Positions 51,290 through 64,000 of a stretch of 64,000 nt of DNA are shown here, piece by piece. The position numbers were made by a program, and so were the translations under genes. This DNA is from Octopus sinensis. Taxonomy: Eukaryota. The notes under the pieces were generated by a model. The model was not told the DNA's origin, searched no databases, and saw only the letters and a list, made by a program, of their open reading frames with translations. Each line of letters opens with the position of its first letter. Position 1 is the first letter of the stretch. The stretch spans positions 17,484,001-17,548,000 of the forward strand of contig NC_043016.1 in assembly GCF_006345805.1 (NCBI RefSeq), written 5' to 3'.

Positions 51290-51480
51290 GAAAATAGGTG
51301 GGTAAAGTGGTCAATTTTATAGGGATGTTGAAGATAAGACATTCAAGACTTCAAGACTTCTTAAATGGAAATCTCATTCAAGATTGATGTCTTGCAAAAA
51401 GCAGCCTTATTGGGCACAGTGCACATCTTAAGGAAAGTATTAACTGTCTGAAGTCCTTGCTGTGACTTGACAAGCGACTA
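51290..51480 (+). mobile_element. RLE-LINE extreme 3' fragment
   Basis: IDVLQKAALLGTVHILRKVLTV*. Confidence 0.6.
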
Positions 51481-51559
51481 AAGACTCCGGTGTATTGTTA
51501 CCTACACTGTGTTACGAAGGAATATAAAGGTTTATGTGAAAAATGAGAAACAGCCTGAA

Positions 51560-52995
51560 AGTCCGCATTATCTCAAATGACATACGTATGGAATTTGGAA
51601 TAGAAAAGTGCACTTTATTAAAGATGAAACGAGGAAGATTTGAAGTGCCCAATGAGAGCGGTTGAGAAAGGGCAGTGGTATAAGTACTTGAGAATACTGG
51701 AGGCAGATGAGATAAAAAATGAAGAAATGAAACAAGTTACTCGTAGAGAGTACAGAAAGAGAATAAGAAAATTATTGCTGTGAAAACTGAATTCGGAAAA
51801 TCTTATTGAAGCAATGAATTGAAGAGCAGAAGCCTCAATCGGATATGAAGTTGGAATTAGAGACTGGACCAGAAAAGAAATAAAGAAACTTGATAGAAAA
51901 ACTAGGAAGTTGTTGACGACGTATGAAGCCCTCCACCCGAAAGCTGTACTCGGGGAGAGACGAGGGTGGAAGAAGCTTAATAACAGCAGAGGGATATGTA
52001 TAGATGAAAAAAGAAAACGTCTAGTAGAGTGTTTACAGAGCAGCACAGAAAATCTGCTAAAGAGAGCGAATAAAGAACAGGGGATGAAGCACATGATAGG
52101 AGAAAAGGACAAGAATGAAATACGAAGAGAGCACATCAGACGGATTGAAGAGAAACCTCTGTGTAGCCAATTTTGGAGAGCAACTGAAGACGTATGTAGA
52201 ACAAAATCCTGGACTTGGTTAAAAAAAAGGGGCAATTAAAAAAAGTAACACAGTGACTAATTGTAGCAGCCTAAGATCAAGGTCAACTTGAGAAAAAATA
52301 TATATGGAGAGAATATGTCAGAAAAATAAGACAGTGGAACAAAATGCCACGAGTTGGCACAGAAAGAATATAAGAAATGAAGGCATGACCAGGTTGTAAA
52401 AGTTTTACACTGGAAACTGTGCTAGAAATGGGGATTTGAAGCTGGAAACACATGGTATAATCATTGAGTTGAAAGAGTACTGGAGTCAGAGAAATGTAAG
52501 ATTTTGTGGGACTTTCCTATTCAAACGGACAAGAAGTAAAAAAAAATAATAGACCAGGCATAACAATTATAGATAGGAAAAAGGCGAAGTTGCTTACTGA
52601 TTGATCCATCATGCCCGTTTCCAGGATTGTAAAGAAAGAGGACGAAAAAAAAAAGAAAAAAATAGAATAAAAATAATACAATCCCTTAAAATTTTAAATA
52701 AGAAGAATTTTGAGCATGAGGACAGTAACGGTCGTTTTTATAACCATTGGTGCGTTGGGAAGAGTAAGGAAAGATGTAGACAAATGGCTGATGGAGATGG
52801 AAATAGAATGTTCTGTAGAGCTTCTACAGAAAGTTTGTCTCTTAGGGACAACAAGGATTATCAGGAGAGTTCTAAGCACCTGAAAGACAGCTGAAAACTT
52901 GTGGATACCTAAGGTTACAGGTAGTAATCCGCTACCCATATAAATCCTGTCAGGAATAAGACCAGACCTGAGCCAAACCATAATAATAATAATAA
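51560..52995 (+). mobile_element. R4/Dong-like LINE, degraded (post-RT to 3' end), (AAT)n tail
   Basis: EFGIEKC, KYL.ILE, LDRKTRKLL...ALHPKA, SWTWLKK, HDQV.K.LHWKLC, ILWDFPIQTD and IGALG..LLQKVCLLGT.RIIRRVL. Confidence 0.85.
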
Positions 52996-54867
52996 TATTG
53001 TCCTATTTAAGCACGAATCTAGCATCTTTGAGTGATGTGAGACGATTACATTAACTAATAGTTGACTAGTTAACTACTGTGGATTCGAATGAAGAACATG
53101 AAGAGACGGGGCAAAAACAGCACAACATCTTCTGAGGTTCTCACAATTCTACCAGCTCACCAACGTTTTAATGCCTTCTGGTTTTAGTGACAAGGCCTGC
53201 AGTTTTGAAGAGACGTAATTAGTAGATACTATTAACGAGGAAGATTACCCGACAAGTTTTATATTTTATTGACCGAATTGCTGAGGAGAAAACAAATTAT
53301 TTATTTTATTTGCTTTTAGGAAGACTTAACAAATATGAAATTTAAAAACACAGTTTTCACAGCATCGCTTATAAAGAATAGACATAAAAATCAGAAGTAA
53401 ACAAAGGTATGCAATGTGACTTAGCAATGGGGATAGCCAAGCCAGAAGAATTAAGGAACTCCAGCGATCCAAGTTTACTTTGACTATCCAGGTCAAGCGC
53501 CGATTCGAAGCTGCGTTTTCCTTTACCCCGAGAAACAACCCATTTAATGTAGTCGATTCTTATCGCACTCACCTTCCTTGTGGCAAATACACTGGAAAAT
53601 AGTCCCTACCTCTAAATTTTCATTTTCATCTCCATATGGAACTTGAAGATGTGGATGAGGGGTTGGTTAAAGAAGAAAATACCTATCCTTTCAATTTTGT
53701 CTGAAAAACACTGTTTCGCAATAGCACCAGACAGAAGAAATCTGCCTGTCGCCTCCGGCTATAAGACGGTGATGAACGATCATGATGATGACCTTATATG
53801 GGGCTCGGCCGATAGCGGGATCTATTCTATAGGCGAAAACTGTTATTCGACGTAACTTCTCAAGTTAACGATGTTCGAGTGAATGCAGAATGGTTTCTTT
53901 TCCCTGTTCCAATCTCGGACTGACTCAACCGTTTGCGGAGTTTATCTCGATAACATTGACAAGCTTGGATTTTCTGAATGTTGTTCAAAGTCTACTATTG
54001 AAAGCCCTCGTTTGATAGGCTGTTCGGTTGGACTTCGTTGAAGTCCAATGACAGTAATGATAAACACTTTTATGTATCCACTGATTTATCAAATACGAAA
54101 GGTTTACATGTTTTAAAGGCTATTCAAATACATCGAATTATCGAGGATGTTAAAATAACCAGAAGCATAGTCAGAGAACAAGTAACTCGGTTATCACTCT
54201 TTAAAAATATTTGTAGGTTGGTCGAACTTCTCAACACGGACGGAATGCAGATTGAGGGAGTTAAATCTGAGAAATTGAGATCCAGTTTGTTTTAGTTGAT
54301 GGGAAGACAGATTGTAAAACAAAATTCTACGTTCCTGTTGCAATTTGGGAAGAGAGAGAGATACAGTTTTAGGTGACAGAGATTGGTTCAAACAAAGGTC
54401 AAAGTTTTAGAATAAACTTTTTTAATGAAGCATTCTAAAAACAAAATTGCATTGTAATGTAAACACGAAGAAGAAAAAGAAGAGGAAAAGGAAAAAAGGA
54501 AAAGGAGGAGGAGGAGGAGAAGATGAAGAAGGAAAGAACAACAGTAACAACAACAATAAAAAAATAACAGAAGCAACATTGATGATTGTTGTGCAAAAGA
54601 GTATTCAAACAATTTTATATCTTCTGTAAAAACATAACAAAACAAAACAAAACAAAAAAACAACAAAAACCCATCTTATCTATATACTTTCAGACTTACA
54701 CGTTATCACAATACATTCTTTAATAAAACGCCATCGGTGCATAATGGTGTTCTTGGACATATTGGAAGGCCTTCGATCTCTACTCGTTCAGTGTGCTAAA
54801 CAACAATAACATCAACAACAGCAACAGTTGCATTTCGCAGCAGAACCCCCACCTCCTTCTCGAGTCG

Positions 54868-54874
54868 CACAAAG

Positions 54875-54922
<48 letters not shown>

Positions 54923-54968
54923 ACACACACAACACACAAACACACACACACACCACACATACACACAA

Positions 54969-55001
<33 letters not shown>

Positions 55002-55076
55002 CATACACACACAAAAACACACACACACACAAACACACACACACAAACACACACACACACAAACACACACACACAA

Positions 55077-55107
<31 letters not shown>

Positions 55108-55165
55108 CACACACAAACACACAAACACAAACACACACAACAAACACACACACACACACACACAG
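54868..55165. repeat. (CA)n with periodic CAAA interruptions
   Basis: Direct inspection. Confidence 0.95.
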
Positions 55166-56129
55166 AGTTTGTCATATTGGTTTCAAACTTCGGCACAAGG
55201 TCCCCAACGATGGAATTGGAAATCAGAATGATAAGACGGACGAAATGTCGCTCAGTATTTTGTTCGGCATGCTAGCGATTCTGCCAGCATACCATCTTAC
55301 ACAATGTTCGTCTTATCAATAATCGAATCAATCTTTGGATTTTTATGTTTCTGAAAGAAAAAAAATAATATCCCAAACAAATTCAGTTACCCAGACGAAT
55401 ATCGGTAACACCAACACATAGGTGATAACTACATTTATTTAACATATTTTCAGTGAAACCAAATTATTTTAAAGTCAAATCGACACTTGGGGTTTTTAAT
55501 TTCCTTTCTTCTTACATTTCGTTCGTTCTTTCTTTCTGTGTTTCTTCTCTCAGTTTTTCTTTATTCACATTAGTCTTTTTTCTTTTTTTTTTTACTGAAA
55601 GATTTATTTGTGTTCCAATGTCTCAATATTTCCATTTATTTAACTCTCCAGCTTTTGGTTTCAATAATACAATTTTATTTTATTTTTTTTATGGTAGTGA
55701 ATTCGCGAGGTTCGTGATTAATAAAATTAAAATTTCATTTTCTTTTCTTTTTTTTTTTGTTTCGAATATTTTTAAAGATTAAAAAAAATATTATAAGTGA
55801 AAAAAAGGTATGAACAACGTCCAGAAGAAAATGTCTTGTTTGAAACATTAAAGTTTAAAACATCAGTAATGCCATTGTTCGCATAATTGTAATATATTTA
55901 TCTCATTATATATATAATATATATATATAAAAAAAACTCAACCCCCCCAAAAAAACAAAAACAAAAACAAACACCCCTCCCCAGAAAAAAACCCATAACT
56001 ACAGATGAGAACTAGCTCGTTTTAGTTCGTCGTTTCTGTAGTGGAATACAAAGAATTCGTATTACACAAATATACACAATACGCACGTGCGTATAAATAC
56101 AAATACACTTGCGGAATGTTATGAAACCT

Positions 56130-56226
56130 GAGTATTTAAATGTATGTATGTATGTATGTATGTATGTATGTATGTATGTATGTATGTATGTATGTATGTA
56201 TGTATGTATGTATGTTTGTATGTATG

Positions 56227-56257
<31 letters not shown>

Positions 56258-56407
56258 GAACGAAAGTATGCCTGTATGCATGCGCATGTATGTATTTATG
56301 TGTGTATGCATGAACGTGTGTACGTATGTATGTGTTTATGCAAATATGTATGTATGCATGCGTTATGTATATATATGTATATGTGTGTATATATATATGT
56401 ATACTTG

Positions 56408-56467
<60 letters not shown>

Positions 56468-56737
56468 CACATGCACAAACACTTGAATATACACGCACAA
56501 AAAATAGACGTATATACATATGCTATTTGTATGTTATATATATGTCTGTGTGTGTATATAGATATACACATACATGTAAATATTTACACATATAACACAT
56601 ATGTATATATATATATATACACAGATGTGTACAACTATACACACATATATATCACACATATATATACGTATATAAGTGTATGTTTATGTGTATATAGTGG
56701 CTTAGCGTATGTGTATGTATATGCGTATATGTATGTA

Positions 56738-56773
<36 letters not shown>

Positions 56774-56830
56774 TGTATGTATGTATGTATGTATGCATGT
56801 ATGTATGTATGTACACAAATACACACGCAC
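56130..56830. repeat. (TATG)n/(TA)n compound microsatellite field
   Basis: Direct inspection. Confidence 0.9.
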
Positions 56831-56987
56831 ATGTGTGCCATTTTCTGTGTATATATGTGTGTGTATATTAATCTTTATCAAGAGGATAACATATTAGAAA
56901 GGAACGTGGAAAGTTAGATCATTTATATTTTCTTTTATATCTTTTATACTCTCTCTTTTTTTTAAAGGTGGCACTGTTAAGAAATGT

Positions 56988-57035
<48 letters not shown>

Positions 57036-58639
57036 GTGTATGTGTGTGTGTGATTATCTTGCATTTATGCAAATGAAGAAGGCATCGGGTGGAGAAGAGA
57101 CAGATTTGGGACGGTAACCAGTCTGAAAATTTAAAGTGAGGGTAAATGTGTAACTATAATACAATTGTAAAGACCCCTACAGGTATTGGTGCTATCGATG
57201 GCAACGATTTCATAAATGGGATTGGTGTTGAAGATTTTTAAGGGAATAAGTTGGTTTTGCTCAAATACTATTACTAGCATAATTGTTAAAGTATTGTTGA
57301 ATGCTTTGACTTCACCATCGACCTCAATAACTCATGCCTTTGTTGTGTGCAAAATAGAAAGGAAAAAAATGTTTAAGTTTCAGTTTTATACTCTCTCTCT
57401 ATATATATGAGTGTGTTTATGAATGTGTATATGTGCACATGTAAATATGTGTGCACGTGTGTGTGCATGTATAGTGCCTGTATGCTTTGTAATGTAGTTT
57501 TAGATAGACTTTACACTTACACGAAACATTAACAGAACTAAAATGATGCAGAATTTTTTATATTCTGAATCTCCGGCATTGACAGTGGTTCTTTTTACTT
57601 TTACCTCTGAATGCTTACATCTTAGAAACTATTTTTTGTGTCTTGCAAAATTTCTCCAGTTCTTTAAAGGGGATGTTCTAATGCGCTGACTTTGTAATAT
57701 CCTCTAGATGTGAATTATTTTCTTCTAGTACTTCGCAATGATTTCAGGCTATATTAATTTAAAGTGGACAAATTGGACAGTGGATAAATATGCCATTATA
57801 GTTCATCGTGACCGCTCGGTTCCCATTGCAAAATTTGCGATGTTAAATTCCTCAGTGTACAAACCAGCTTTTGCAAACGCTTGGTATACTAAGACGTCAT
57901 AGTTAATTGCTTCATTTTGATGCTCTTATGTAACAATAAGAAATCTCTCTATGTTTTAACTTCAGCTCAATGTTATCCTTCTTTATTTACCTTTTTGCTG
58001 TTCATTGCCACATTTGATTTTATTTAATAGATAATATTTATTATTAACACTGTAATCATTAATTATCAGTAAGTACATAAATATTTTGTGGCAGAGATTA
58101 CTGTAACTGCAGTATCTCGAACTAAATTCAATCTGATAAACATTTTCGTTAATTATAGGTTTCTAAGCTTAAAATGCATCCAGTCAAATTTGTGCTTCAT
58201 TCGTCCATATTTGTTAAAATATGACGCAGTAATAATGTACTGCAGTCTATTCCACCGACGATCTCTCAGCACCTATAAAAACTAGCTCTGTTTGTAGAGT
58301 CAAAAGGAATTAATATTTTATCGCTCTTCTCATCGTCTACGAGCATCATTCATCAGTAAACTTATAATCATCATCATCTTCATCATTGTCGTCATTGTTA
58401 AGCATATTAAATTCGATGTTTAATTAAAAGTGTTTTTACTTCAATAGTTTGACAGCCATCTTAAACTATTCGCCTCAGCCATTTTCAGTCACATCTTTGA
58501 ATATCTTATCAGCAATTGCTAACATTTTTGCACTTATAACCACTAGTTTTGCAAGCAGTTATTTTTGACGTATTATAATCATAATTATAATTATAATATT
58601 TATTGTTGTAGTTGCGGTTGTTATTTTCGTCGACCAGCT

Positions 58640-58830
58640 ATTGTTGCGAATAGGACGGATCAGGTTGTAGGCCAAATCCATCATGATGATTATCCCGCCG
58701 TCATCCTTTGACTGGGAAAGGTAGGCAGTTTTCCTCAATTTGGTGGTTATGGCGAAAGAGATTGCTAGGTGGACACGATTGAAAAGACTAACTTTAGACA
58801 TTTTCCCCTTCGACCAAACACTGACTTTTT
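58640..58830 (+). mobile_element. Tx1-like 3' fragment
   Basis: CCTTTGACTGGGAAAGGTAGGCAGTTTTC..ATGGCGAAAGAG resembles the reverse complement of 43690-43790. Confidence 0.55.
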
Positions 58831-59250
58831 CACGTACCACTTGATGAGAAAAGTGAAGTGAAGACAGAGGAAGAGAAAGAAAGAGAAAGAAAGAGAGAGA
58901 GAGAGTGAAAGACGAAATTTGTTGAAAGATGAGTGTGACTAAAAAGAATGGCCCAAGTGAATGGGCCTGATTTGAGCATGCACCTATTGGTTGGAAAATG
59001 AAAGGTGGCAGGCGACACATACTCTTGGTAGTTAGATAATCCTGGATCAGTGGGATTACCTTTAGGCATTATCATATTTGGTATAGTCATATCGTCATTT
59101 CTCATTTTCTTCCATTTTATTTCAATGTAACCTTTCTGACCGGCACTTTTTGCAATCCTTCCTTGCAATCTTCACTCATGTAACATACTTGTGGCAATTA
59201 TAACGAATTACTGTGAATATTATTATTATTATTATTATTATTATTGTTGC

Positions 59251-59281
<31 letters not shown>

Positions 59282-59469
59282 CAGTAGCCTTATTTTTATT
59301 TCGTGCTTTCACTACTCAACGCAGTTCTCTGTGTCATGGATGTGTCGCAGTGCTTTGTTCTGGTTTGCTATTTTCTATTGTATTGACAATATTGTACGTA
59401 AAATGCGTTCAGTGCAAAGTTGTGTTATTTTTTGGATGTTGGGTATATAAGTTCTTGAGTTTTTGATCA

Positions 59470-59900
59470 TGTATTTGTCTGCAAGTTTTTAACAGCTCCC
59501 AAGGCACCTGTAAATGTAAGAACTGTTTCTGTTTTGATTCCCACATTCTGGTTATCTATATGTCCAGATATTTATGGATAATTTCTCGATTTTTTTTGAA
59601 GCGACATCATGGGGATGTTTCCTTCCATTATGGTTCTTGGCAGTATCTGGTCGAATAGCTTTGAGTTCCCTGTTTGTGTCAGTTGGCGTATTCCAGAGTA
59701 TGGTCGTTTTGTTCTTTGATTTCGAGTATTAATTGTTTGCAATGTTATATTTTAGTATTATATTTTGTAATGTTGGTCCCTTTATTTTCAATTGCGTATC
59801 TTAGTTATCGATTTCATTAAAGCTTGAGAGAACTTTTATTTTATTTCTCTGAGTGTTTCTTTTCCAAGATAATTGCTTAGGGTTTTATATTACTAGATAA
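59470..59900 (-). pseudogene. Degraded R4/Dong-like fragment
   Basis: TTILWNTPTDTNRELKAIRPD resembles ATILWDMPIHTDREIKANRPD at 42770. Confidence 0.6.
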
Positions 59901-59914
59901 GATTATTGTTATGA

Positions 59915-60400
<486 letters not shown>

Positions 60401-61176
60401 TAATAGGAATTGTAAAGTAATAGTAGAAGTCATGTTAGCAGTAATACAAGCGGTTTTTGTAAGAGTAGTAGTAGCGGTAGCATTGTTAACAATAACGGTA
60501 GTGGTAGTAGTTGTGAAAGTAGTAGTAGTAGTTGGAGAATTTACAAAGTCATTAGAGCGTCGGATAGAACGTCTTGTGGTTTTGAACCTCTGCCTTATCT
60601 TTGTCAACAAATCTAACTTTGTTAATTATTCTTTCGGAGTTGATAAACGAAACAACTCTCCAGAAAGATGGATTAACAGAATTCTTAGAGCATCTGATGT
60701 TAAGCTTTAGTTCAGATACAAATGATGTCCGTGTCATCGCTCCTCATGCACTGAGAGAAGCCATCAAGGCAGACCACGACAGAATATGGCACAGGTGTCT
60801 CTCTCAACAATCAAACCCCGGCCTCCCTTTGTTTCAACTCAGTTGCACAATGGGTGGAGAGAGCCTACGAAGACCGAGTAGTGTGGGAATTCTTTCACTT
60901 TACTAATCAACTAATCAGCAAATCATACTAGTTAGCGAATGACAAACATGGTTTCGAAATCTTTGGAAACAAGCTCGGAAATGAGCAAATTCCGCCTCTG
61001 CCTAATAACATCGGCAATGGAACCATCGACGTAATTTGTAATTCTAACTGTAGAGGTTCCAATAATAATCTTCATATTAGTAGTGATAGTATAAATTGCG
61101 GGGTGCGCTGGTGAGATAATAGAAGTAGCAGTAATAATAATAACACTCGTATAGAAGAAGGAAGAGAAGAAGAAGA

Positions 61177-61219
<43 letters not shown>

Positions 61220-62069
61220 ACAGCAGCAATTTCATATTTATTTGCAAATAATAGAAAATTAGAATATGCTTTAATTCTTTTATTCTTTCTTGGTTGCACT
61301 CAATGAACTGCGGCCAAGCTGGTGCACTATATTCGGGGCATTAGTAGATCATATCGACTCCGCTATTCATTTCAGTCTGGTACTTGTTTTACCGATCGCT
61401 AAGTCTCGATCTGCTACATGACTGGACTGGAAGGGACAAACATAAATTAGACCAGAGTTAAGATCGGTGTAAACATAAACACACACACACACACACACGA
61501 CGGACCTCCGCACGTTTACCGCTTCCCAAATTCCAGTTCGTAAGGCAATGGAATAAGATATCAGGATCGGACTTGGAACTCCATATTTGTGAATCAAACA
61601 TTTTAATTACACGGTTATGACTAATAGTATTCATATCAGTAGAAGCAGCATCAGCAGCAGTAGCAGCAACAGCAGTGAATTTGGTGGCAATGTTATGTCT
61701 AGTTAAGCAAAAAAAAAAATGTTAAATTTTCTTTCTTTTTGTGCTTTTTAAATATTTGTTTCCTAAATTCGAGCAATCGTTTAGGATTTATTCTTTATAC
61801 ACTGTCTCTGCTAAAGTAAGCTATTGATTTACCCCAGTTTCAAAGATAAAGTTCCTGATTTTAGGAGCATCGTGATGGAATACAATTTCAGCTCATTAAA
61901 TTTCATCAGGATCCTCTATAATGTATTTCATACAAAAAGCTGGGTGACGTCGAATTAGCAAGTCATTGAGAATATTTTGCTGCAGAATGACCGAAACTAG
62001 CGTGCATACATTGACTTTAAATTTTCACATAAGGCAAGCAACTTCGAGGTAAGGTATAAGTCGGGTACA

Positions 62070-62235
62070 TCGATCGACCTCCACTGCTCCACTGATTCTT
62101 ATTTAATCGAACTCCGAAAGGATGAACGGTAAAGTCGACTCCACTGGTATTTGAACTCAGATCGTAAAGTCGGAAGAAATACCATTTAAAACATTTTGCC
62201 CGGCGTGCTAACGATTCCGCCAGCTCGCCGTCTTA
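62070..62235 (-). mobile_element. SINE family A, older copy
   Basis: CCGAAAGGATGAACGGTAAAGTCGAC..TTTGAACTCAG..CCCGGCGTGCTAACGATTCCGCCAGCTCGCC. Confidence 0.8.
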
Positions 62236-62574
62236 TACATTAATGGCGGTTATATACATAGCGCTTTTATAGCAGTTATATTCTGTAGTGCTTGCGATTC
62301 TTCTGTCTCGTTTTGTTGAACAACATTCAGTCTGTATTGCCGAGCAACACAATATATAAAATACACTTCACACAATATTCTTAAAGTCTGCAAGTTGTGC
62401 CCTTCTGTTTATTTCATGTAATGCTTGGAAAATGCAATGTATTTTTTGCAGCAAGAATTTTCAGTAGCCCATTCTTATTTTTTTTAATTTCTGAAAAATC
62501 TTGGCTTTTTATTTGATTTAATGAACATGATATTGCTACTGCTGCTACTGCTGCTACTGCTGCTACTGCTGCTG

Positions 62575-62613
<39 letters not shown>

Positions 62614-62929
62614 TCGTTGTTGTAGCAGTCAGTCACTAATGGCCACCACATTACAATTTTGAGACTGTGTAATTTTGGAAGCCATGAACATTGGTTGGGT
62701 TAGAATTGAAGGGAATAAATATTTAAAATCAAATTTTAGGGGGAAAATCAGAAATAAAAATTGTAGTAGATTTGTATATAATTTGCAGCTAATCTTCATA
62801 AGTTAGTGCGTCTTAACAATTATTCACTAATCTAAATCTCAGGATTTCCATGGTTGCTTTTACATAAGGATTAAGGCAGCTCTCTTTAACCAACTACTGT
62901 TTGCTGAAATTTATATCATCGCCAAAGAT

Positions 62930-63170
62930 ACTACCACCACTACCACCATCACCACCACAACCTTCACCACACCACCACACCACCACCACCACCACCACCA
63001 CCATTACTATCACCATTATATTCATCACCAGAGCCTTCCCCACCAGCACCACCATTACGACATCCTCCTCCCTCCTCCTCCTCCTCTTCCTCCTCCTCAT
63101 CATCATCACCGAGAGCAGCAGCAGTAGTAGTATTTGTATTAATTATGGTTGTCATCATTATAATTGCAAC
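62930..63170. repeat. (ACC)n/(TCC)n/(ATC)n low-complexity tract
   Basis: Direct inspection. Confidence 0.85.
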
Positions 63171-63749
63171 ACCATTCAATTGTAATCATCTTCAGAAATG
63201 AGGAAAAATCGCTGCTAAAATGTCATTAATATCACAGAAATGAGGAGAGAGTGGTGGGAGTAATTAACTGGTGTCCGCCTTACAGGAGAAATCTTTCTAC
63301 ATTGTATAAAGTAGAATGAAATTCTACTTTATACAAATTAAATTATTTACAATTTAATATATGTTTCTATTTTCTTGTCACAAAGGTTCTTCATTTTTTC
63401 GGAAATGGGAAATGAAATTTTTACAACTTTCCTAGGGTCATAAGTGGTGTAGACGAAGTTTCGGTTTGGAACCAAAGTCATGTGACTGTGTATGACAAGC
63501 TGAGCTCATTGAAATTTCACCTCTTGTTCTACGACACTTGCTTGGTCGAAGTTTAATTGATTGATTAAACTTTTAGTGTAATCTTTCAACGTAATTTTTA
63601 AATAACATAGTTCTACTTTTTTAAAGAGTTCATACTTGTTCATTGTAAGCGGTTGTATAAGCTTCTCAGATTTCCTCTATCGGCTAAATTTGCAAAAAAA
63701 ATGTATTAAAGAGGTCAGAATGTCTATAATTAAGCATTATATATATTAT

Positions 63750-63800
<51 letters not shown>

Positions 63801-64000
63801 ATATATATATATATATTATATATAATATATATATATAATATATATATGTATATATAGTAGAATTGTTGAGATTTGTATAAGATTGCAACTGCAGGAAGGC
63901 ACTACACAGAATCAAACATTACGTGTTGATGTTAGCAACATTATCACACATAGTGAAGGAAACAATCACCTTAGCAATCTAATAGTCGATGGTAGATAGT

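Noticed and set aside
58640-58830. GC-richer block as a conserved enhancer
   Set aside because: It is explained by similarity to the Tx1-like 3' region at 43690-43790.

Overview
AT-rich, microsatellite-dense eukaryotic DNA with no recognisable host protein-coding exon, rRNA, genuine tRNA gene or CRISPR array. The SINE families and repeat landscape resemble those of coleoid cephalopods (Octopus); this is an inference from recalled families, not a database result. Nearly all informative sequence is transposon-derived. It includes several Penelope-like elements (PLEs of Neptune-, Naiad- and Poseidon-like types), R4/Dong-like restriction-endonuclease LINEs in (AAT)n tracts, an RTE LINE, and a full-length but frameshifted CR1-like LINE nested in a Tx1/L1-like element. 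It also holds a Ty3/Gypsy pol relic, Tc1 and mariner remnants, a Merlin-like MITE and three tRNA-derived SINE families. The main hidden layer is RNA structure: more than a dozen type I hammerhead ribozyme (HHR) motifs, several with intact catalytic cores. Two short non-coding, terminally redundant units (353 nt and 337 nt period) each carry an HHR or HHR-like motif and look like retrozymes (circular-RNA retroelements). A PLE terminal repeat contains a tRNA-like Pol III promoter. There are many long inverted repeats, including a ~950-bp palindrome centred on a SINE B-box. Most ORFs in the supplied track are microsatellite artefacts. Coordinates of decayed elements are approximate.
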